The position numbers were made by a program, and so were the translations under genes. 64,000 nt of DNA from Catajapyx aquilonaris. Taxonomy: Eukaryota. The notes under the pieces are model-generated. The model ran no database searches. It saw only the letters and a program-made list of their open reading frames with translations, and had not been told where the DNA came from. The number at the start of each line of letters is the position of its first letter. Positions within the stretch are counted from its first letter, which is position 1. Positions 39,401-52,314 of the stretch are shown here, piece by piece. The stretch covers positions 1-64,000 of the forward strand of contig KZ537992.1 in NCBI GenBank assembly GCA_000934665.2. The letters are read 5' to 3'.

Positions 39401-41865
39401 TTTTTCCGATGAGACAAAGAAACTGATTACACACTTCAATGTGGTCTTATATGTGGTCGCTAATGTAATCCCATTATGAACTCAATGAAAATGGTTTTTT
39501 TTTTTGGAACTTTAAGATGTCATAACTTTTGCAAATATGGTGTTCCGCACGAAATATTTCATTTTTGGGTATCATAATTATATTGTCCAGTATTAGCATG
39601 TTAAATTTCATCACGATCCGTCATTATCACCCCTGTGACCTTCCCTTGTGAGTTTTGAAGCTCCATCTGTAATGATTTGATATCATATAGAGTGTGGTCA
39701 GTAAATTGCGCACATGCTTCAGGTAGCGACGTTCCTTGTGAAAAACCAGTCTGATTGCTCAACAATGCATATTTATCGCTCACGAGGCCTACTTAAGTTG
39801 GAGCCTAACTGTGATGTCATGTGGGCCTACACCCCTAAAATTCAAGCACTCCCGTATCGCTATTGTATGCAGTGCGTTGCCAGGTGTTGCCATGCCACCG
39901 CCCCCCAGATTCCCGCCCCCCACTCTTGAGCCTTATAAATACGTGGGAATGTGGGGGACGGTGGCATGGCAACACCTGCCAATATCTGGCACCCTGAGTT
40001 GAAAATAGTAGAATTTACTGACAATATTCTGACATGATTGATTCCATCTTTTTCAGGATCATGCATTGCCAACAAAGATTATCGAGAAGGAAGGGATGCT
40101 GTTACACGCTTGTCCTGTGTGCGCGAAAACCTTTAGCAATCTATTGCACTTAAAGAGTCACAGGAGGGAGCACACCAAGGAGGAATCTCACAAGTGTGGA
40201 CATTGTGGAAAAGTATTTACAAGCAGGAGTCATCTCAATAGGCATCATCGCTCACAGACATGTCGAAAGTCATTAACTTGTGACCAGTGCAACAAATCAT
40301 TTACAAACAAGGTGAATCATGATAGGCATGTTCGTTTCCAGACATGTCAAAAGTCATTAACTTGTGATCAGTGCCACAAATCATTTGGTGACCAGTGGAA
40401 GCTGTCCTCACATATGGCAGTTCACTCTGATGACAGGCCCTTCAAGTGTGACATGTGCAGTAAGTGCTTCAAATATCCTCACATTTTGAAACGGCATCAG
40501 AAGGACCACACAGGGGAAGGTGTGAAGGAAGCACTCAATGAAATACTTGGAGATGGAATAGGTGATCTGATTGGTGAGGGTGAAAATTCTCTCCATTCTC
40601 GAAATGGGACAGAGGTATCTTTCTGCTGTCCATACTGTGCAAAAGAACTGAAAACCAAGCAGAGCTTCATTAGACATGTAAGCTTTTCCCACGTTCATGA
40701 CAAGGTATACACTTGTGCACTATGTTCAGAAAAATTTTTCTCCTTGTATCGTTTGCATGACCACAAGAAACTAGCCCATAACACTGGGAAAGTGTACATG
40801 TGCAAATATTGTGGTAAAATTCGAACCAGCACATCCTCTCTTGCTAGACATGAGCGTAGTCACACTGGTGAGAAGCCATTCAAGTGCAGCCTGTGTTCAA
40901 TGAGCTTGAGTTCAAATAGGTCGCTTCAGCGCCACAAGCTAATGGTGCATTCTGATGAAACTCCTTTCATTTGTGATAAATGTGGGAAGGGATTCAAACT
41001 GAGGGAATATCTGAAAGAGCATATGAAAGTACATGAGAGTGGGGTACATCACAAAGACAGGGAGCAATATGCTTGCAAACACTGCCCTAAAGTCTTAGCT
41101 AGTAAACACAATTTGCAGGATCATATGAGAAGTTTCCATGGGGCGGACAGGTCCCAGATCAGTTGCCCTGATTGCTCATATAAATGTGCAAACAGACAGA
41201 ACCTAATTCGTCACAGGCAAAAGTTTCATGGGTACAAAACAAGGGGATATGTTGAACACAAATGTTCTGTTTGCCATCTTGTACTCTCTTCTAAGAGCAA
41301 GTTTGACATTCATATGAGACGTCACTCAGGAGAGAGACCATTCAGGTGCACAGAATGTGGCAAAGGTTTTATTTCTCATCAGAGTCTAAAAGTACACATG
41401 CGTTCGCATGCTTCCCAACACAGTTGCCCAGATTGTTCATATAAAAGTGCCCACCGATCATCTCTACAAAGCCATAGACAAAGGTTACATGGTTACAGAA
41501 ACAATAAGGTATATAAATGTTCCATTTGCCATTTTGTGCTCTTGTCTAAAAGAAAGTTTGACATTCATGTGCGACGTCACACAGGAGAAAGGCCATTCAG
41601 GTGCACTGAATGTTGTAAAGGTTTTATTTCTCCTCGTCATTTGCATCAACACATGATGACGCATGGGCCGGGCAGCTATAGCATGTGCAGCGTTTTCTCC
41701 AAGAGTTTTAGTTCTCCTGCAAATTTGAAGAATCATAAATGTGAACAATCAGATGAGAAGCAATATGAATGTAATTGGTGTGGAAAGGTTCTCAAGACAC
41801 GTAAGGCTCTTGTAAGTCATTTGCAGATATGCCAGGTTGAACATGGGGAAAGAATTCCTGCTTGA
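36407..41865 (+). CDS. Poly-C2H2 zinc-finger gene copy 8 (about 803 aa if the GC donor is used)
   Basis: Exons 36407-36637, 36745-36915, 37615-37680, 37769-37903 (donor AAG/GCGAGG) and 40057-41865. About 19 finger units; one has C->F (CSVFS). Confidence 0.8.
37954..38682. mobile_element. MITE with about 26-bp perfect TIRs in intron 4 of copy 8
   Basis: gtggagtgaccaatcaaaacgcaaca ... tgttgcgttttgattggtcactccac, with AAT on both flanks. Confidence 0.85.
39067..39648. mobile_element. Foldback MITE with about 240-bp TIRs (Tc1/mariner-like ends)
   Basis: caagggaaggtcacggggtgataatgac ... gtcattatcacccctgtgaccttcccttg, inserted at gcTAagtttt (empty site in copy 7 at about 32800). Confidence 0.85.
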
Positions 41866-42704
41866 ATAGTTGAACGTGTTGTCACTTGCAGGATGTGCCT
41901 CCATGTTTTATATTTTTGGACACATCGTAAGTCATTCAGAAACCATTAATCATGGTGACAAAAGTAAACCTGTGATTGCACCAATCATCAAGCACAATGC
42001 TGTGAAAGTATTATTTGAGGTTGCAAAAAGACCATCTGTAGTGAAGGGATGAACATGACATTCACGCCCCAAGTCCACCTGCAACACTGGGCATCATTAA
42101 GGTCGCATTTACTGTTCACATAATTATGAACGATTTGATCAGTGTGTTGCAGTGATGAGCGATGCAGCCTATAATTGTTGTAGGAAAGGAAAGGCGGTTG
42201 TTACTTTTCCCCCCAAACGATGGGTTTAATCACTCAGCGAATCACTCACATGTCAACGTGGACTTATTGTGACGGTTTGTGGCTATGAGATCATTGATAT
42301 CAGAGGTTTGTACGCATTTAAAAAGTTACATAAACAATTAAATTTATTTTTGTGCGTAATTTATTTGCATTACGTGTGTTCGAAAATACTCCCGCCAGAA
42401 AGGCCAGCTCAGTCCAACTGGTTCCGATGTTAGCTGCAAGGTGGCAGCCACCACCCGGGCCACTCTCTCGCTATCTGTTGGCAGGAATGTGAACTGCCAC
42501 ACTGGGCATATTCGGACGAGGCCAGGGGAAGCCGTTGCTCTATTCGGACTGGCCCAACATGGCCGAATGAGAAGAAGCCTTCTCTTCTTCTCCTCGTCCT
42601 CTTCTCCTCTGGTCGGGAAAAGGAAGAAGAAGGGGGTCTCGGATCCTCCTTCCCTCTTTTGGGATCTGGTGAGGAGGCCAGGGCTGGAGGAGGAACAACA
42701 GGCC

Positions 42705-45700
42705 ATGTCCACCCGGGAGGAGGAGGAGGAGGGTCCGACCCCCAGCTGCACCCTGCACGAGTGTCGCTGCTGCCTCCAGACATTCCCCACGCACCTGGAG
42801 CTCCTGGTGCACAGCTTCACACACAGCAGGTGGGACCTGGTCAGGAGGAGGAATGCAGAAGAGGAAGAGGATGGACCAGGAGATGGTGGCCAGGTGAAGG
42901 AGGAAGAAGAAGGTCTGGAAGTGGACATCAAAGTGGAGGTTGGCCACACTTGACATGGTTGTTTGGGGATTGGGGGCATTGGAAATGGTGTCCATGGACA
43001 CCCTTCTCATCATTCGAATAATTGTTGTCTTCTTCAGGAGGAAGGACCAGCTCTGTGGCCAATATGCCACGTCAAGGGAGAAGGAGGTCAGGATGAGACT
43101 GGTGATGGACTAGTTGAGAGGGAAGGCCTTGAAACGACAGTCGATTCACCACTGCGGAGTGTCAAGTCGGAGGCAGAAGACAAGGTCATGGACGAAGCAC
43201 CTGAAGTAAGTATATTGGGTTTGAGCAATGGTGAGTGAAATGATAATAATGCCACCATGGTATGGATCAATTTTTGTGGTGCTTGGATGAGCTGTTGAAC
43301 GTGGCAACAATGGAGGGAATTTACCTAGGAGAGTGCTGAAGGATTTGGTGTATTTCTCATGAATATAAAATATTATAACCTCAACCATACAACGGGACTA
43401 ACAGCATCATTTTTTAGGAGCAGCATCCAGTCTATCCAGCCATCAAAAAGGAAATTTCTTCATCACACTACTTTGAGGAAGGGGTGAGTCCACTTCATGG
43501 TGCAGTGAAGTGTCATGATGTTGTACAGTAGTTAACGAAGCAATTTAAATCGCAGGTAGAACTGAGGCACTTCTCGATTGTGGTGGATCCCATTATATTT
43601 TGTATGAAATGCTCCAAGCCATTTGTGACAAAGCAGGAATTGAAGGAGCATGAGAGAGAAGAGTGCACAGGAGGAAATGAACTGGAGAAGGTGAGGGTCA
43701 ATTGACCAAACATAGATTGGATTGGGAAGGAATTTTGGCCAATTGCAGGTCACCCATGACTTTTAGCCATTATTAAGGATGAATAATAAGGAAGGGCTTA
43801 CTTTTCAAACATGTTTGGTAATGACGCAATCTCGCACAATCTATTCTGCTCTTTTTCACCGGCACGGGAAACATACAATTTCACAAGCTGGAAATACGCG
43901 GATTGGTTAAATTTAATATTAAGGAAATAGACAAGAAAATTATGAAAGCTAATCCGGAAGAAGATCCAGTTGACAGGACACTGAGGGAAATAGACATATT
44001 GTTTGATATACCTGAACAAGGATGTTTAATAATTAAGAGAGAGATAATAATCATGGTATGTGTGAGGGCACTAAGATTTATGTAGCAAAGCTTTTAAAAG
44101 AATGGAAAATAACAAACAGGGTGAAGACAGAAAAAATGAACCCCCAAAAATTAATTATAATTTAACAGAAAATTAGAAACCAAACATGTGGATGGTTTTC
44201 AAGAAGTCCCAATAGATGCATTTCACACTTGACTGATCCAAATGCCTTCATCGAAAATTATTTGCATTGTACATTTTTTTTTTTTTTTTTGCGTAGCAGT
44301 TAATAAACTACAATTATGTGACATTATCTAGTAGTTTACATTTTTTTTTGTGGAAGTGTCTTTCCCAATGATGCAAATAGCACTGTTTGGAAATATACTT
44401 TCATTAATTCATACTTGTCATTTTAATTTTTGCCGACTGTTGATAAATTTAAATCAAAGAATTATTATTGTTTCTCTCTGGGACAATCGTGAAATCCTTG
44501 GTTTAACAAGTAGAATCTGCCACTCACAATCGAAGTATTCTTACTGAAAATATCCTGATACGATTTTTATATTTTTTCAGGATCATGCATCGCCAGGGAA
44601 CTTGCAACGTGTACTCAGACAACGTTTTCAGGTTCAGTAACTGAGCAATCTAATCAGAGCAAGGCTGCTGGTGACTGTAACCCTTCCTTCGTGATTAACA
44701 CCAGCATTTCCTTCCACTCCAGGCCAACATGGCACCTGCTGTTGGAGGGAGACGGTCCAAGAGGAAGGGTCTGGAGAAGTTGAAGGACGTGACTGACCAG
44801 GAGGATGGCAGGACCAGTTACTCCAGCGATGAGTGGATGGACACCGAAGGAGAGTCTTCGGACGAGGAGCCTGGACGCAAACATAGGGTGATTATTACTG
44901 AGTGTTCTAACAACAGCAACAACACCATCACGACATTTCCCTATAAGGGGTAGTCAGTGATGACAGGAGCCACAAGCTAACCCAAAATATGAACTAAATT
45001 AAAACTGGTAAAAACCAGCCCATAAACCACCCATCCGGCCCCGCACCCCTGCCCATCTCAGACGACAAACTCTCAATATTAAATTTTAAATATAAATATT
45101 ACTGAGTGTTCTAATTTCAGAAAATACACTTAACATGGAATGGTTCATGGAAATATTTTCGGAAGGTTACATATGAGCATTAATTTTGAAATTGTTTAGA
45201 GTAAGGCTGATGGCTACAGTTTAAATCAAATGGTAAATGTCGTGCGGGCTCCTGACTTGTTTCAGTTCTTTCATTCGGCCACAGAGATCTTATTAGCCCC
45301 CTTTTGTTTACTGAATGGATCGTCTTTGCTCTTATTCCGTAAGATTCGACACTGCTGTAATATGCTCATTATGCAATGATAGGGTTTATAAAACCAGTAC
45401 TAGATAACATATGATTTATGAATGTCGTGCTGTAAAGCAGTTAGAAACCAAGCTGCGTATGGTTTCCCAAAAGTCCCAATTGACGCGTTTCACACTTTAC
45501 TAACCCTTCACCAAAATCGTTTGCATTGTACAATTTTTTTTTCTTTGTAATTAATCAACTGTAATTGTGTGACATTGTCTTACGAGAGCTGTCCAACACG
45601 TATCCGACCTTAATAAATTTTTTTCGCGGAAAACAAGTAAATCAAGGGAGATGTCGTTTGATGGGTAGGTGGGGAGTTCCTTCATGAGGTATTCGTAAAT

Positions 45701-47771
45701 GTTTACCTGACCCTAGAGAGAGTCAGTCGCTGGCAGTCAGCCTGTGAGTGACCGAGGGTACTAGGCCCCCATCTGATTTTCACTTCAAACGGTGACCCCC
45801 GACTTCCTGAACACCATAATGACTGGTGACGGAGTCGTGGGTCGTACTGCTGTTCATGTCGTTCCGTCATTTCCGCGGGAAATGAAAATCCAATGGGGCC
45901 CTAGTAGGCTACCCTCGGTCACGCAATGGAAAAGATTTACGAATACTCATGAAGGTACTCCCCCCACCCACCCACCAAAGAGCACCTCCCATGCTTAATT
46001 TGTTTCATCTAAAAAAAAATGTCAGATACTTTTTGGGCAGCCCTCGTATATTAAGAAAATTTTGTTGCTTGAGTGTCTTTTTTTCAATAATTCAAATAGC
46101 ATTGTGTGGAAATTAAATTATTTATTTATTTATTTATTCATTCATATTTGCCAATTTTGATTATATCCGAGTGTTAATTTTTTTCGAAACATTATTGTCT
46201 CTCAGTGGAACAATCATGAATTTGAGGGTTTAAAAAGTGGAATCTGGCACTCACAATAGAAGTATTCCAACTGACAATATCCTGATACGAGTTTTGTCTT
46301 TCTTCAGGAGCGTGTATCGCCAAATAATAAGGTCAAGCAGAAAGGGCAACAGTTACGTGCTTGTGATGACCATGGGAAGACCCTTAGGAAGGTGAAGAAT
46401 TTAAAGCGTCACAGGAAAGAGCACGCCAAGGAGGAATCTCTCAAGTGTGAACACTGTGGGAGAGTATTTTCAAGCAGGGGGTTTCTCAGTTGGCATGTTC
46501 GTGCGCAGACATGTCGAAAGTCATTAACTTGTGATCAGTGCAACAGATGTTTTAGTTTTCACTCAGCTCTCTCTGCGCATATGGCAGCTCATTCTGATGA
46601 CAGGCCCTTCAAGTGTGACAAGTGCAGTAAGTCCTTCGCGTCTCGTAACAACTTGAATTATCATCAGAAGGACCATACAGGGGAAGGTTTAAAAGAAATG
46701 CTCAGTAAATTATTTGGAGATGGAATAGGTCATACTTCTGCTGAAGTTGAAAATTCTTTGCAATCGAATAGCGGTACAGATGCATCTTTCTGCTGCCCGT
46801 ATTGTTCCAAGATTCTGACAACCCGTCGTGGGTTAATTGATCACATTAGGTTATACCACATCCACGACAAAGTATACATTTGTAAAGTGTGTTCTGAGAC
46901 ATTTCTTTCTAAATATCGTTTCAGTATGCACAAGAAGCGAGCCCATAACATTGGGGAACAGTACCAGTGCAAATATTGCGGTAAAGTTTGCTTTAGCAAA
47001 ACTCCTCTTGATATACATGAACGTACTCACACTGGTGAAAAGCCATTTAAGTGTAGCACGTGTTCAAAGAGCTTCAGTTCAGATAGATCATTGCAGTCTC
47101 ACAAGGAATGCGTACATTCTGATGCGAATCCTTACATTTGTGATAAATGTGGAAAGGGATTCAAAATGAAGAGCAATCTGAAAGCTCATGAAAATAGCGT
47201 CCATCAAAAAGACAGGGAGTGGTATGCTTGTAAACAGTGCCCTAAAGTCTTATCTAGTAAATGCAATTTGCAGGATCACATGAGAAGTTTTCATGGGGCG
47301 GACAGGTCCCAGATCAGTTGCCCTGATTGCTCGTATAAATGTGCAAGCAGGTCGAACCTATTTCGTCACAGAGAAAAGTTTCATGGGTACAAAACAAGTG
47401 GATATGAGGAACACAAGTGTTCCATTTGCCATGTTGTGTGCTCTTGTAAGAGCAAGTTTGACATTCATATGCTTCAACATCACACAGGAGAAAGACCATT
47501 CAAGTGCACTGAATGTACTAAAGGTTTTATTTCTTCTCGTCATTTGCGCAGACACATGTTGACACATGCGAAAGGTAGCTTTAGCAAATGCAGCGTTTGC
47601 TCCAGGCGCTTTAGTTCTCCTGCAAATTTGAAAAATCATAAATGTGAACGATCAGAGGCAAAGCAATTTGAATGTAATTGGTGCGGAAAGGTTCTCAAGA
47701 CACGTGGGATTCTTTTAATTCATTTGCGGAAATGCCAGGTTGAACATGGCAATTCCTGTTTGAGTAGTTGA
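42705..47771 (+). CDS. Poly-C2H2 zinc-finger gene copy 9 (about 688 aa; probable deletion chimera)
   Basis: Exons 42705-42938, 43038-43205, 43418-43483, 43556-43690 and 46308-47771. A second, truncated exon-5 start (DHASP...) lies at 44581. AATAAA at about 48016. Confidence 0.75.
45583..46046 (+). mobile_element. Internally deleted mariner element
   Basis: TA-flanked TIRs cgagagctgtccaacacgtatccgac / gtcagatactttttgggcagccctcg. The remnant at about 45798-45845 reads PDFLNTIMTGD(+1)ESWV, the mariner first-aspartate motif. Confidence 0.8.
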
Positions 47772-48294
47772 ATGCGTTGTCACTTGCTGGATGTGCCACC
47801 ATATATTTTATATTTGTGCACACATTATTATTCATGCAGAGAACATTAGCTTTTACAATATCACCTGCTGTTGTTCTCTTGCTCCTTCCAGCACCTTTAA
47901 AATACTGTGTTCAATGTGGCAGTGGCTGAGCTCCAAATAAAGTGCTCTGTCTCCTGCCAAAAGTAATGACAAAAAATGTGTCTGGGGCAGTGAGCAAAAC
48001 TGTACACTAGAACGAATAAAGTCTGTTTTATCCTGACATCTGGTAAATTGTTGTTTCTCACAAACGTGATAAACCAAATATAAATACAGTAAAACTTCTA
48101 TAAGTCGAATGTCCATGGGACCGGGGAAAAACTTCGAGTCATAGAAGATTCGAGTTAGAGAAGTTTGGATTTTTTAAAGCACAGAACTCGATGAGGAAGG
48201 CTATACCTTTATAGCCAGCTAGGAAAACATGTCCTGAGGGATGCTGCAAATGATGATCTTATCCGACTAATAAAAATTACGGTGTACGCAGTTT

Positions 48295-51200
48295 TTAATA
48301 CGCCATTAATTCCTTCATGTTGGCATTCAGAAACAGACACTGTTTTACACTCTGCACACTGTCCTCGTCGCAGTAATTCTCCAGAAGTAGTCCGGCCTTC
48401 GTGAATAAATGTTCCAACGGCACACACGTCGCCTGTACGCAGAACTTGCGCTGCACAATTGGCACCAGAAGAGGATATGCGTCCTTGCACTCTTGCCACC
48501 ACTCCAGAGGATTGCTGTCCAGGTCGGGACAAGGAGCTTTCAGGTAACTGGAAAATTAAGGAACGTTAATCAGCACATTTTTCAGATGATATTATGATGC
48601 CTGTTGGACTCACCGATTCAGCTCTGGGATGCTGCAGAGTTGCGGTGTCTGAGCAGTGGCGTCTAATCTCCCCAGAAATCTTGAGAGGATGGACAGGTTT
48701 GCTGATGGTTTTGCGGGCGTGATAGGAGTTGGCCGACTGAGGCTTGTATTCACCGGCATGAGGGCCTGAAGACTTTTCTTGGCCATCTCCGCCTCCCTTG
48801 CATCTTGAAATCCAACGTCCTTGAACCGCGGATCAAGCAACGTGGCCAGAGCTAGATCGCCAATTTTGTTGATGTCGTTCAAGGCATAATCCAACTCGTT
48901 TTCCATGCACTTAAGCACGTCTTTCGCCACGTTCGACACCACCTTTGTCCGCATTCCCAAGCACTGGTCCTTCATTTCTTCCGCGTACACACGAGCCATT
49001 GAACCTTGGACATGGTCTTGGTTCAACCTATCCCGAATCTCTTCCCATGGCTTCAGCACTTCAATAAGATCTTGACATGCCTGCAACTCGGGGAGGCTCA
49101 CTTTAGGAAGGTTCACGCCCAGCGATGAAACAGCGCGTACACTGGTCTTAATTTCTGCAAAACTCTGCAGCATGCGTAATGTCGACACCCAGTCTGTGCC
49201 TACGTCCCTTACGAGTTCCTTTGTTTCCGTTGTACGTCCTGCCGCTTCCATCAACTTCTGCCTCGCTGCCGCGTTTCTCTTAAAATGAGTTACAATTTTC
49301 CTGATTTTACTCAGAAGTGCTTGTGCAATCTGAAGCGAGTTGCCGACAATGCGATCTACGGTGTGGGCGAAACACTGGAAGCGGTTCCAGTCGGTAGTTA
49401 CGTTGACATCCTTCCCTGTCACCAGCAGCGATACCTTGCTCTTAAGCTCCCATTTCTGAACAATGTTAGCAACTATCGGCATCACGTCCATCGGAGCATG
49501 AGCCACAATTGAGCACTCGAGCAGGACATGCTGCGCTTCCAGGTCACCGTCGATGTAATGAGCCATGACTGCGATGAGGTCGAAAGTGGAGAACGACGTG
49601 CTGTGGGCCACGCTGACACACACGCTTCTTGCGGCGCTCAACTTCTTCTTCAACTTATCCTCCTGTTCCTGGTACAAACTTGGAAGGAGCTCTCGGGACA
49701 AGACACTGCTGGTAGGTGGCACAAAGTCCGGGTTCATATGGAGCGAGTATTTGACGAAAGTCTCTGATTCTACCATGGAGAACGGCAGGTTGTGGCGGAT
49801 GCACATTCCCAGCAGGATCATGCTGATCCGCTTTTGGAACGGCTGCGGCTTTTCCTTGTTGGCGCTAGTCGACGTCTCCAGCGTGGAAGTGCTGCTGGAC
49901 GGTTGAGCATTGCTGACCTCTGGAAAACAATGGGGTTGTAGTGTCTTACATTAATGGCAACGAGTGTCGACAATCGCATTGTTTGTTTGGTACTCACCTT
50001 TCGGGATTGTCTCACTCTTTTGCACCGTGCCGCCTTCCTGAGGCGGCCGCATTATGTCGATCTGTACGTCGCCATGCTTCACGACAAGGTGGTGCTTCAG
50101 GTTCGATGTCGTGGTCCTGAACGAGATGACCTTCCAGCAGATGTTGCAGGTAGCCGTGCGGTTACCCAGGTCCGTGAAGTGGTCCCACGCCAAGCTCCTC
50201 TTCCTCCTGGTCTTCTTCGCAGGAGCCACGCCTTCCTCCAGCATCGGCATCTGCCAAAAATCAAATGCCATATTTAGCCGCGCCATACTTTTCAACCACT
50301 CGTCAACATAATATGTAACGTCAGTACGACAACATGCAATGCAGTAACTCTCAGCAAAACACTGCAGCAAACGCATGCAAAATTATATAAAAATCTTACA
50401 CATATATAAGGGAATGTTTGTTTGTTTAGCCATGGTTTTTCATGGCAACGGTGTTACCCATGGCAACCGGTTGCTATGACGTTTTTCTTACGCACATGTA
50501 AGGCAATGTTTGTTTGCTCGCCCGGATGACAGCGGGTTTTCATGGCAACCGGTTGCTATGACATTTTTCTTACGCATGTATAAGGCAACGTTAGTTTGCT
50601 CGCCCGGATGACAGCGGGTTTTCATGGCAACGGTGTCACCCATGGCAACCGGTTGCTATGACATATTTTTCTTACGCACGTATAAGGCAATGATTGTTTG
50701 CTCGCCCGGATGACAGCGGGTTTTCATGGCAACGGTGTTACCCATGGCAACCGGTTGCTATGACATTTTTCTTACGCACGTATAAGGCAATGTTTGTTTG
50801 CTCGCCCGGATGACAGCGGGTTTTCATGGCAACGGTGTTACCCATGGCAACCGGTTGCTATGACATTTTTCTTACGCACGTATAAGGCAATGTTTGTTTG
50901 TTTGCCCGAATGACAATGGGTTTTCATGGCAACCGGTTGCTATGAAAATTTTCTTACACATATATCACGGAACATAATTATAAGGGATGTTTGACCGGAT
51001 GACAGCGGGTTTTCATGGCAACGGTGTTACCCATGGCAACCGGTTGCTGTGGCATATCTTACATATAAGGGAATGTTTGTTTGTTTGTTTGTTTAGCCAT
51101 GGTTTTCATGGCAACGGTGTTACCCATGGCAACCGGTTGCTGTGGCATATCTTACATATAAGGGAATGTTTGTTTGTTTGTTTGTTTAGCCATGGTTTTC

Positions 51201-51394
51201 ATGGCAACCGGTTGCTGTGGCATATCTTACACACATATAAGAGAATGTTTGTTTGTTTGTTGGTTTGTTTGTTTAGCCATGGTTTTCATGTCAACGGTGT
51301 TACCCATGGCAACCGGTTGCAATGACATACTTCAAATATGATTGATAGCTTCTGATTACATAAGTAAACTTACCTCGGCCTTTTTCCTAGGCAT
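48295..51394 (-). CDS. BED-finger / hAT transposase-derived protein (ZBED/DREF-like, about 610 aa), probably domesticated
   Basis: Minus-strand exons 51394-51374 (MPRKKAE), 50250-49998 (BED finger WDHF...CNIC...TTSNLKHHLVVKH), 49919-48614 (RNase-H-like core with CFAHTV and LDPRFK) and 48547-48295 (hAT dimerization domain NPLEWW...YPLL...ATCVPLEHLF...LFLNAN). Introns are GT-AG and the phases join (0, 1, 2). The small first exon is the least certain. Confidence 0.85.
50393..51330. repeat. Minisatellite (about 65-85-bp units) in intron 1 of the ZBED-like gene
   Basis: About a dozen units of ttttcatggcaacggtgttacccatggcaaccggttgctatgac...cttacgcacgtataaggcaatgtttgtttg. Confidence 0.92.
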
Positions 51395-52176
51395 TTCCAG
51401 AGTGGTTAATTAAAATAATTGCGTGGATATATTATTTTTTTTGCAACAATTTTTGTTTTTTAAACGCGCCAAAATTTACGGGGACCTCATAAAGCGCTAT
51501 TGTTGGAGTCACGGGGATTGGCAACATGCGCGATTTCCCTCTCTTTATAGGTTGGGTCTGGGTGGGTGGAAGGCGGCCGGCCTCGATTCCTTGCCCTGGG
51601 TCTGTGGGGCTGTCGATTCGGGGTCCACGGTCCAGATCGGAGGGGGTCTGTCTGGAGTGGGTTAATTGGGGGCGATTAAATTAGGGGGCTCGGCAAGGGG
51701 TTTAATTAATCGCAGGTCGTCGTTGGTGACCACTAAACGCGATGACGTCACGGAAAAGCGACGGGTGGGGACCGAAAACGACGCAGCTGCTGTCGGATTG
51801 CGACAGCACTGTTATCCCACAAAAATAGCTGCTTAGACAATATCAGTGCTCATGATCGACGCTATAACTTGATGTTTCCTACTGCAAATGCCACCGGAAA
51901 GCATATTTGCATATTTACATTTAATCGCCATTGCAGTTTGGGTTAATTACCTGTCAATTACGAATGGTGGCGACTGCATGCCGGCTACTTTAGAGGGTTA
52001 GCTGCTTATATCGACTCGAGAGGCGACTTGCTATGCTTTATCCAAGATGGCGCCTCTTCGTGGCTGAAAATTAAAATTTTTGTGAGGAATATTTCGGAAT
52101 ATTTATATTTTCTGCTGCCTTTTGGTGACTGAACTCGGCTGGCCAGGCTTGCCCCAATGTATTCACCCACACCTTG

Positions 52177-52255
52177 CAATTCGTGACTTTCCAGTGGCGG
52201 CGTTAGTTGTGCAGAGGAGGGACTTTCCTATCCTTGCCCATGATAAAGGGCCTCA

Positions 52256-52314
<59 letters not shown>

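Noticed and set aside
44729..44953. 74-aa acidic/basic ORF as an independent gene
   Set aside because: It is short, has no recognisable domain and lies in rearranged intron sequence; it may be a TE fragment but cannot be assigned.
48610..49821. Active autonomous hAT transposon
   Set aside because: Two catalytic aspartate motifs are substituted and no TIR or TSD was found.
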